64,000 nt of DNA from Oscillospiraceae bacterium. Its GTDB lineage: Bacteria > Bacillota > Clostridia > Oscillospirales > CAG-272. The notes under the pieces are model-generated. The model made no database searches, had not been told where the DNA came from, and saw only the letters and a list, made by a program, of their open reading frames with translations. This document shows, one piece after another, positions 37,361 to 44,938 of this stretch. The stretch lies in NCBI GenBank assembly GCA_015064255.1, contig SVSP01000002.1, positions 127,462 to 191,461 of the forward strand, in the 5' to 3' direction. The position numbers and the translations under genes are program-made. How positions within the stretch are numbered: position 1 is the first letter of the stretch; each line of letters starts with the position of its first letter.

Positions 37361-38440
37361 ATGAGTAAATATATGAACAAAAAATACGCCGAGCTTACGG
37401 CGTACACACCCGGCGAACAACCGCTTGGTGTCAAATACATAAAGCTTAATACAAACGAGTCCCCCTTTCCGCCCTCTCCCGACGTGCTCGTGTCGATAGG
37501 CTACGGCGAGCTTTCCGATCTTCGTCTTTACTCCGACCCCGATTGCCGCGGACTTCGCAAGGCGCTCGGAGAGTTCTACGGACGCGAAACCGACGAGATT
37601 TTCGTTTCAAACGGCTCGGACGACATTCTGAACTTCGCATTTATGGCGTTTTCCGAAAGGGGCGTTGTCTTTCCCGATATAACCTACGGTTTTTACGAGG
37701 TCTATGCGAAGCTGCACGGTGTAAATTACGAAAAAAAGCCTCTTTGCGATGATTTCACCATAAAAACCGAAGATTATCTTAACGAAAACGGCAAACTTAT
37801 AGTTATCGCAAATCCAAATGCACCGACCGGAATTTTTAAACCGCTTGGCGAAATCGAGCGTATACTTAAGGCAAATCCCGACAGCGTTGTGCTTGTCGAT
37901 GAAGCGTACATTGATTTCGGCGGCGAAAGCGCCCTGAAACTGCTTGACAGCTACAAAAATCTGCTTGTCGTACGTACTTATTCCAAGTCAAGAAGCCTTG
38001 CGGGAGCGCGTCTTGGATTCGCTTTCGCGGATAAAGAAATTATTGCCGATCTTAATAAGCTGAAATTCTCGACCAATCCGTACAGCATCAACCGACTTAC
38101 ATTAATTGCGGGCGAAGCGGCTCTTCGGAACGGAAAATATTATGAGGACAACGCGAAAAAGATCATCGAAACACGAGAATACGTTACAGAAAAACTACGC
38201 GAAATGGGCTTTGAGGTTATAGAGTCTGCGGCAAATTTCGTTCTTGCAGGACACGACGCGATTTCCGGCTCGCTTTTTGCTGAAGAAATGAAAAAACGCG
38301 GTATTCTGATAAGACATTTCTCGGGCGTACGTCTTGAAAAATATAACCGCATAACGATAGGAACTCGCGCCGAAATGGACGCTTTCCTCTTCGCCGCTGA
38401 GAAGATTATAGCCAAGGGCGCTGCCCTTGGAACCCGCTAA
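37361..38440 (+). CDS. hisC: Histidinol-phosphate aminotransferase
   Basis: 359 aa class-II aminotransferase with the PLP lysine region RTYSKSRSLAG. The last 9 codons are encoded by repeat hp1 and linker. Confidence 0.9.
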   Translation: MSKYMNKKYAELTAYTPGEQPLGVKYIKLNTNESPFPPSPDVLVSIGYGELSDLRLYSDPDCRGLRKALGEFYGRETDEIFVSNGSDDILNFAFMAFSERGVVFPDITYGFYEVYAKLHGVNYEKKPLCDDFTIKTEDYLNENGKLIVIANPNAPTGIFKPLGEIERILKANPDSVVLVDEAYIDFGGESALKLLDSYKNLLVVRTYSKSRSLAGARLGFAFADKEIIADLNKLKFSTNPYSINRLTLIAGEAALRNGKYYEDNAKKIIETREYVTEKLREMGFEVIESAANFVLAGHDAISGSLFAEEMKKRGILIRHFSGVRLEKYNRITIGTRAEMDAFLFAAEKIIAKGAALGTR

Positions 38441-38567
38441 AGAACTTTTTGAAAAAAGTTCTTTGGAATCTCAAAAACTTTGCTGAAAAAATTAGTAAGA
38501 ATCCAACCCCTTTTAAGAAAAGTTTTTGAAAGGGCTTGTGGAAACTTTTTTCAAAAAGTTTCCACAA
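38412..38567. repeat. Composite modular hairpin element (forward + reverse units, inverted-repeat structure)
   Basis: hp1 at 38412-38430; hp2 at 38439-38464; box at 38469-38490; box-rc at 38507-38534; hp2 ttgtggaaacttttttcaaaaagtttccacaa at 38536-38567. Confidence 0.9.
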
Positions 38568-38586
38568 AGAGAAAGGAAATAAAATA

Positions 38587-39174
38587 ATGAGAAACAGTGA
38601 AATTTTGCGCAAAACCGCAGAAACAGATATTGAACTGAAGCTTGACCTTGACGGCAAGGGCGAGAGCGATATTGATACGTCCTGTCCGTTTCTTGACCAT
38701 ATGCTGACACTCTTTGCAAAGCACTCAAGATGTATGCTCTACGTAAGATGCAAGGGCGATACAGAGGTTGATTATCATCACACGGTCGAGGATATCGGAA
38801 TTTGCCTCGGCGACGCGATAAAGGAATCACTCGGTAATAAAATGGGAATCGCACGTTACGGAAATGCGATAATTCCGATGGACGAGGCACTTCTTCTCGT
38901 GTCTATCGATCTTTCGGGCAGAGCAACGCTTGCATTTTCGACCGAAGGACTCACCGAAAAGGTGGGAGATTTCGATACAGAGCTTGTTAAGGAATTTTTC
39001 GCGGCGCTTGTCAGAAAATCGGAAATGACACTCCATATAAGACAGCTTGCAGGTGAAAATACACACCATATCATCGAAGGCATTTTCAAGGCATTCGCGG
39101 CGGCTCTCCGCGCGGCAGTAGCACTTGACTCGGCAAGAGCAGGTGAGATTCCTTCTACAAAGGGCGTGCTCTGA
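38587..39174 (+). CDS. hisB: Imidazoleglycerol-phosphate dehydratase
   Basis: ORF 38536..39174 starts inside the repeat, so the ATG at 38587 (MRNSEILRKTAETDIEL) is used. Motifs HHTVED and HHIIEG. Confidence 0.9.
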   Translation: MRNSEILRKTAETDIELKLDLDGKGESDIDTSCPFLDHMLTLFAKHSRCMLYVRCKGDTEVDYHHTVEDIGICLGDAIKESLGNKMGIARYGNAIIPMDEALLLVSIDLSGRATLAFSTEGLTEKVGDFDTELVKEFFAALVRKSEMTLHIRQLAGENTHHIIEGIFKAFAAALRAAVALDSARAGEIPSTKGVL

Positions 39175-39791
39175 TGATAGCGATAATTGACTACGGAGTG
39201 GGAAATCTTTTCTCGCTCGGCTCGTCGCTTGCCGCACTCGGCATAGATTCGGTAGTTACGGATGACGAAGCAGTAATAAGAAACGCGGATAAAATAATTT
39301 TGCCCGGAGTCGGCGCGTTCAGAGATGCGTCCGAAAAGCTCGCCGAGCGCGGATTTGATAAGCTTCTCAAAGAGCTCGCGGCGCGGGGCAAGCCGATTAT
39401 GGGAATTTGCCTCGGTATGCAGCTTCTTTTCGATGAAAGCTATGAGTTCGGCAGATATAAAGGTCTCGGACTTATAAAAGGCAGCGTTAAGCCGATAGCG
39501 GACATTATTCCCGCAGACCTTAAAATCCCTCATATCGGTTGGAACGGACTGATTTTCCCCGAAAATAAGGATAAAAACGAGATATTTAAATACATTAACG
39601 AGGGCGACTGCGTTTATTTCGTTCACTCATACTACGCAACCGATTGCGATGATGCGGTAATTGCAAACACCTCGTACGGTGCGCCCCTTACAGCCGCAGT
39701 TGCTTCGGGAAATGTTTACGGCTGTCAGTTCCACCCCGAAAAAAGCGGAAACGTGGGACTTTCGATAATAAAGGCATTTGCCGAGCTTTAA
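39174..39791 (+). CDS. hisH: Imidazole glycerol phosphate synthase, glutamine amidotransferase subunit
   Basis: 205 aa with the catalytic GICLGMQ motif and C-terminal QFHPEKS. Confidence 0.9.
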   Translation: MIAIIDYGVGNLFSLGSSLAALGIDSVVTDDEAVIRNADKIILPGVGAFRDASEKLAERGFDKLLKELAARGKPIMGICLGMQLLFDESYEFGRYKGLGLIKGSVKPIADIIPADLKIPHIGWNGLIFPENKDKNEIFKYINEGDCVYFVHSYYATDCDDAVIANTSYGAPLTAAVASGNVYGCQFHPEKSGNVGLSIIKAFAEL

Positions 39792-39812
39792 TTACATTAA
39801 AAGGACAAAACT

Positions 39813-40526
39813 ATGATAATTTTTCCTGCAATAGATCTTTACGAGGGCAAGGCGGTGCGTCTTTACAAGGGCGACTATGCACAGCTCACGGTTTATGATG
39901 AAAATCCGATAAATACGGCAAAAAAATTTGTAGCAGAAGGCGCGACACATATCCATATGGTTGACCTTGAGGGCGCGCGTGACGGCAACACCCCGAATTT
40001 CGAAACAGTAAAACAGATAGTTACTTCGACCGATCTTTTTGTTGAGATCGGAGGCGGAATACGCGATATGGAAACTATCGACAAATATCTTTCTATCGGT
40101 GTTGGACGTGTTATTCTCGGTACGGCGGCTGTTTCAAGCGAGGGATTTGTAGAGCGTGCCGTAGCTAAATATGGCGACAAAATAGCAGTCGGGGCAGATA
40201 TAAAGGACGGCGAGATAGCCGTTAAAGGCTGGGTAGAAAAAAGCGGTGTCAAGAGCGACGATTTCTTTGAAAAAATGCAGAAGATCGGCGTAAAAACTGT
40301 TATTTGCACCGATATCTCGCGCGACGGAGCTATGCGCGGTACAAATCTTGAGCTTTACAAGTCGCTTTCTGAAAAATATGATATGAACATAATTGCTTCG
40401 GGCGGTGTTTCTTCGATGGACGACGTTATCGCACTTCGCAAAATGAACGTTTACGGCGCGATAATCGGCAAGGCTTATTACACCGGCGCTATCAAGCTCT
40501 CGGATGCGCTTAGGGCTCTGCCCTAA
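39813..40526 (+). CDS. hisA: ProFAR isomerase
   Basis: 237 aa; MIIFPAIDL N-terminus and (beta/alpha)8 HisA pattern. The last codons and the stop lie in repeat hairpin 40509-40527. Confidence 0.9.
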   Translation: MIIFPAIDLYEGKAVRLYKGDYAQLTVYDENPINTAKKFVAEGATHIHMVDLEGARDGNTPNFETVKQIVTSTDLFVEIGGGIRDMETIDKYLSIGVGRVILGTAAVSSEGFVERAVAKYGDKIAVGADIKDGEIAVKGWVEKSGVKSDDFFEKMQKIGVKTVICTDISRDGAMRGTNLELYKSLSEKYDMNIIASGGVSSMDDVIALRKMNVYGAIIGKAYYTGAIKLSDALRALP

Positions 40527-40732
40527 GAACCCGCCAAGGGCGCTGCCCTTGGAACTCGCCAAAGAACTTTTTGTAAAAAGTTCTTTGGAATCTCAAAAAC
40601 TTTACTGAAGGAAATATTATTATTTCTTTTTAAGAAAAGTTTTTGAATGGGTTTGGGAAAACTTTTTTCAAAAAGTTTTCCCAAGAGAACGTTTTAGAAA
40701 GGCATGGAAAACCTTTTATTAAAAGGTTTTCC
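40509..40732. repeat. Composite modular hairpin element (two hp1, forward unit, reverse unit, extra hp2)
   Basis: hp1a at 40509-40527; hp1b at 40534-40552; hp2 at 40559-40588; box at 40591-40610; box-rc at 40627-40650; hp2 at 40653-40684; hp2-like ggaaaaccttttattaaaaggttttcc at 40706-40732. Confidence 0.9.
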
Positions 40733-40740
40733 GATTAATT

Positions 40741-41499
40741 ATGATAACAAAAAGAATAATACCGTGTCTTGACGTAAGGGACGGGCGAGTAGTAAAGGGA
40801 GTAAACTTTCTCGGACTTTCGGACGTATCATCTCCGGTCGAGCTTGCGCAGTTTTATAGCGAAAACGGAGCAGACGAGCTTGTTTTTTATGATATAACGG
40901 CATCGGCGGAAGGACGTGCGCTTTTTACGGACATTCTCTGCGAAACGGCACGAAAGGTATTCATACCGCTGACGGTAGGCGGGGGGATAAACACACTTGC
41001 AGACTTTGACCGCGTGCTCAAATGCGGTGCGGATAAGGTCAGCGTCAATTCGGGCGCAATAAGAAACCCGATGCTGATAAAAGAAGGCGCAGAAAAATAC
41101 GGAAGCCAGTGCGTAGTGCTTTCGGTTGATATAAAAAGAGTCGACGGAGTTTTCTGCGTTTTTGCCAAAGGCGGCAGAGAAAACACAGGAATCGAGGCTA
41201 TTTCGTGGATAAAGCGCGGAGTTGAGCTCGGTGCGGGCGAAATCGTTGTAAACTCGATTGACACGGACGGAGTCAAAGGCGGATTCGATATCGAAATGCT
41301 CGACGCTGTTTGCGAGGCGGTAAACGTTCCCGTTATTGCATCGGGCGGTGCGGGTTCGCGTGAGGACTTTGCGACTCTGTTCGAAACGCTTCCCAAGATC
41401 GATGCAGGACTTGCCGCATCTGTTTTCCATTTCGGACAGATAAAAATTCCCGAGCTGAAAAAATATCTCGCGGATAAAGGCATAAGTATGCGACTTTAA
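40741..41499 (+). CDS. hisF: Imidazole glycerol phosphate synthase cyclase subunit
   Basis: 252 aa; KRIIPCLDV N-terminus, typical HisF. Confidence 0.95.
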   Translation: MITKRIIPCLDVRDGRVVKGVNFLGLSDVSSPVELAQFYSENGADELVFYDITASAEGRALFTDILCETARKVFIPLTVGGGINTLADFDRVLKCGADKVSVNSGAIRNPMLIKEGAEKYGSQCVVLSVDIKRVDGVFCVFAKGGRENTGIEAISWIKRGVELGAGEIVVNSIDTDGVKGGFDIEMLDAVCEAVNVPVIASGGAGSREDFATLFETLPKIDAGLAASVFHFGQIKIPELKKYLADKGISMRL

Positions 41500-41527
41500 A
41501 ACTTAAGATAAGAAAGGTGAAAATAAA

Positions 41528-42193
41528 ATGCTTGATATAAATAAACTTAAATTTGATGAAAAGGGACTCATTCCCGCGATAGTTATCGATGCCGAAACAA
41601 AAAAACTGCTCACCCTTGCATATATGTCAAAGGAAAGCCTTCAGATATCTATGGAAAAGGGACTCACCTGCTTTTACAGCCGTTCACGTCAGGAGCTTTG
41701 GCTTAAAGGTGAAACATCGGGAAATTATCAGCATATTGTGAGCATTACAGCAGACTGCGACGGAGATGCACTTGAGGTGCTCGTTCTTAAGGACGGACCC
41801 GCTTGTCATACGGGAAGCGAATCCTGCTTCAACGATAAGGTTTACGAAAACGAAGAAAATCTTGCAGAGCTTGAGAGCAAATTCTCGTATACCGGTCTTA
41901 TGAAGCTTATCGAGGGCAGAAAGATAGAGAAAAAAGAAGGCTCTTATACAACCTATCTCTTTGAAAAGGGAATTGATAAGATACTCAAAAAGGTCGGCGA
42001 GGAGTGTACAGAGGTAATTATCGCAGGCAAGGCAAACGATAAAAAGGAAACAATATACGAAATTTCCGACCTTGTTTATCACGTTATGGTAATGATGATA
42101 GAAATGGGAATTTCTCTTGACGATATTCACGACGAGCTTGCTTCGCGTCACGTTATAGACAAAAAAGTCAAGCAGGAAAAAATGACAAAGTAA
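41528..42193 (+). CDS. hisIE: Bifunctional phosphoribosyl-AMP cyclohydrolase / phosphoribosyl-ATP pyrophosphatase
   Basis: 221 aa; HisI region ([16 protein letters not shown]...CDGDAL) fused to a HisE region (EECTEVIIA). Confidence 0.9.
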   Translation: MLDINKLKFDEKGLIPAIVIDAETKKLLTLAYMSKESLQISMEKGLTCFYSRSRQELWLKGETSGNYQHIVSITADCDGDALEVLVLKDGPACHTGSESCFNDKVYENEENLAELESKFSYTGLMKLIEGRKIEKKEGSYTTYLFEKGIDKILKKVGEECTEVIIAGKANDKKETIYEISDLVYHVMVMMIEMGISLDDIHDELASRHVIDKKVKQEKMTK

Positions 42194-42217
42194 GGTATAT
42201 CTTAAGGAAAAACGTGT

Positions 42218-43003
42218 ATGAGAAACGAAATAAAAAAGCTGCTTGACGATTTTTCATCAAGCGGCAAACAGAAATTTGACCTTCATATGCACACGACCTT
42301 TTGCGACGGTAAAAATACGCCCGAGGAAATGGTGCTTTCTGCGATAGAAAAAGGACTCACCACGGTCGGAATTTCAGGTCACGCACTTACCTGTTTTGAT
42401 AAAAGCTACTGTATGAGCGATGAAAGACTTTCGGAATATTTTGCGGAGGTTGAAAGGGTCAAAGAAAAGTATTCTGATAAGATAAAGGTCCTTTGCGGAC
42501 TTGAGGTCGATTATTATTCCAAAGTACCCGAAGAATATCTCAAAAGAGCAGACTATATAATAGGCTCGGTACACTACATCTGCAAAGACGGAGAATATGC
42601 GGTTGTGGACAGCAGCGCGAAAAAGATAAGAGATGCCGCAGAGCGTCTTTGGGGCGGTGACGTTTACGCTATGATAGAAGACTATTATAAAACGGTTGCG
42701 GACGTTGTGAACAAGCTTGATCCCGACGTAATAGGTCATATTGACCTCATCACGAAATTTATTGAGGTCGATGATTATTTTGATACTTTGAACCCGAGAT
42801 ATATCGAAGCCTCTCGCAACGCCGTAAAAGCTCTCATTCCGTACGCAGTTCCTTTTGAAATAAATTACGGAGCTATCTCGCGCGGATACCGAACTCTGCC
42901 GTATCCCGAAAAATCGCTTCTTGATTTTATAATCGAAAACGGCGGAAGAACTGTAAAATCGAGCGACGCGCATTCGAAAGAGAATATCTTGACAGCTGAA
43001 TAA
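42218..43003 (+). CDS. hisK: Histidinol-phosphatase, PHP family
   Basis: 261 aa; DLHMHT N-terminus and SDAHS C-terminus. Last gene of the his operon. Confidence 0.8.
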   Translation: MRNEIKKLLDDFSSSGKQKFDLHMHTTFCDGKNTPEEMVLSAIEKGLTTVGISGHALTCFDKSYCMSDERLSEYFAEVERVKEKYSDKIKVLCGLEVDYYSKVPEEYLKRADYIIGSVHYICKDGEYAVVDSSAKKIRDAAERLWGGDVYAMIEDYYKTVADVVNKLDPDVIGHIDLITKFIEVDDYFDTLNPRYIEASRNAVKALIPYAVPFEINYGAISRGYRTLPYPEKSLLDFIIENGGRTVKSSDAHSKENILTAE

Positions 43004-43058
43004 ACACGCGAGAGCGCGAGGCTTACGGCAAGTAGAACGATAGTTTGGAGATGATTTA

Positions 43059-43403
43059 TTGAACCCGGCAATATATATACCGATAATTGTGCTGTGGATT
43101 ATAATATTTACGACGCACAATCATAAGCGAAAAGTTGCAACTATAAGAAAAATTATCGGAAAAAGGAAAACGGAAGGAAATGCCGAAATGAAAGAACTTG
43201 CAGAAAAATTTATTGAGAAAGAATGTGTAGCATCCTCTTTTGACGGAAACCAATACGTAGGCATCATCAAGGAAGTTACAGACAGAGCGATTCTGTTTGA
43301 AAAGGACGGAAAGCTTGAAGTAATAAATCTTGACTTTATCATCCGCATCAGAGAATATCCGCGAAATAAAAAGGGAAAGAAAAAATCCGTACTGTTTGAC
43401 TAA
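43059..43403 (+). CDS. Hypothetical small membrane-anchored protein
   Basis: 114 aa with a non-ATG start in the ORF track, an N-terminal TM helix and a Lys-rich tail. Confidence 0.3.
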   Translation: MNPAIYIPIIVLWIIIFTTHNHKRKVATIRKIIGKRKTEGNAEMKELAEKFIEKECVASSFDGNQYVGIIKEVTDRAILFEKDGKLEVINLDFIIRIREYPRNKKGKKKSVLFD

Positions 43404-43431
43404 TAAAATCAAGATTACAACCACAACAAAA

Positions 43432-43475
43432 CACCCCGACAGATTTCAAAATCTGTCGGGGTGAATTTTTGTTTT
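43432..43475 (+). terminator. Intrinsic terminator ending the his region
   Basis: caccccgacagat-ttcaaa-atctgtcggggtg followed by aatttttgtttt. Confidence 0.8.
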
Positions 43476-43576
43476 ATGTGAAGTAATTATGTGTGCGGGT
43501 CACCGAGAACGCAGACACCAACGTTTTTATGAGAAAAAGCTTTTCTTCTTGCGCGTTTTGTTATATATTAAATGAT

Positions 43577-44299
43577 TCATAGTAATGTATACTCTTTTTT
43601 TACAATCACAGGATATATAAGTGCGGCTAACATACTGCCTATAATAGGTCCTGCGAAGAATACCCACACAGTTTTGATGTACTCACCACCTGCAAATATT
43701 GCCGGACCAAGACTGCGAGCGGGATTGACAGAGGTGCCTGTCAATGCAATTCCTAAAATGTGTACAAGTGTCAAAGACAAGCCAAGTAAGATATGTGACG
43801 CAAATCCGAGAGATGGATTTGCTGTTATTTTAAGTACTGCCATAACAAAGACAAAAGTCAGTAAAACTTCTACTATGATTGCAACCCAAGGATTGTTTGA
43901 AAGATTAGATATACTGTTTGCACCCAAAGCAGATGTTCCTTCAAGATAATCACCTGAAAGATCAGCGACTCCTCCGGCTTCAACTATGAGGAATAGAATT
44001 GCACCTCCCAAAATACCACCGAGATACTGTGAAACTGTGTATCCGATGAAAGTGGTAAATTTTATTCTTCCGTCAATCAGCATTGCAAGTGATATTACAG
44101 GATTTATGTGACATCCCGAAATGTCAATTAAAATATACGAGAGAACGGTAAGTGTCAAACCGAATGCCAAAGCAGTAATAAGATATCCGCTTCCGATTGA
44201 ACTGTTATATCCGACAGAAATTGCTGTTCCGCAACCGAAAACTACGAAAAAAGCAGTTCCTAAAAACTCACAGATGTATTTTACAATGTTTTTTTGCAT
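43577..44299 (-). CDS. MIP/aquaporin family channel
   Basis: 240 aa with six TM helices and two half-helix motifs, HINPVISL (NPV variant) and SVNPARSLGP. AT-rich codon usage. Confidence 0.85.
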   Translation of the reverse strand: MQKNIVKYICEFLGTAFFVVFGCGTAISVGYNSSIGSGYLITALAFGLTLTVLSYILIDISGCHINPVISLAMLIDGRIKFTTFIGYTVSQYLGGILGGAILFLIVEAGGVADLSGDYLEGTSALGANSISNLSNNPWVAIIVEVLLTFVFVMAVLKITANPSLGFASHILLGLSLTLVHILGIALTGTSVNPARSLGPAIFAGGEYIKTVWVFFAGPIIGSMLAALIYPVIVKKEYTLL

Positions 44300-44443
44300 A
44301 AAAATGTCCTTTCAAATTAAATTTCTATTTTAAGTAATAAATTTAACAACTATAAATATAATTATAACATACTTCTAAATGATATTCAAGACAATTTAGG
44401 ATTTTTATATAAAATATTGTAAAAGTTTAAATCGGAGTAAAAT

Positions 44444-44938
44444 ATGCGAAAAATTATAATACTGTTTTTGATCTGTACACTTCTTTTTTTATCGTGCGAG
44501 AAAGAAACAAAATATATACCGCTTCCCGGTGAATACACGTTAAAATGCCAAATATCCGATGTTGAATACGACGTGAAGATCACACTTGACGAGGCTCTTT
44601 CGGGAAAGCTTACCTTTTCGTCTGCGAGTGAAATGTGTGACTGGGAATTTTACTACTCATCGGAGGATAAGAGCATAAAATATTTTACCTCGCTCGGAGA
44701 GGTGAGCGAGGCGAAATTGGCGAAAAACGAAAACGTAAAATATCTTTTCAAATTTGTTCTCTGTGATTTTGACAATATCTCCGACGTTTCGCATAATAAG
44801 ATAAGCGGTATAGACGTGAGCGTCCTCAAAACGACAGATGGGGTTACGGTATATACAGACTCGGCAAGCGGAAGACCCCTACGCATTGAAACAGAGCGAA
44901 TGACAGCCGATATTATTTCGCACCCTCAAGGTCAGTAG
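44444..44938 (+). CDS. Hypothetical lipoprotein
   Basis: Signal peptide with lipobox LFLSC. The 3' end overlaps the convergent MFS gene by 26 nt. Confidence 0.45.
   Translation: MRKIIILFLICTLLFLSCEKETKYIPLPGEYTLKCQISDVEYDVKITLDEALSGKLTFSSASEMCDWEFYYSSEDKSIKYFTSLGEVSEAKLAKNENVKYLFKFVLCDFDNISDVSHNKISGIDVSVLKTTDGVTVYTDSASGRPLRIETERMTADIISHPQGQ

Noticed and set aside
28166-40740. Possible CRISPR array, because short palindromic repeats recur.
   Set aside because: The repeats are not regularly spaced, they are separated by genes rather than uniform spacers, the units occur in both orientations, and no cas genes are present.
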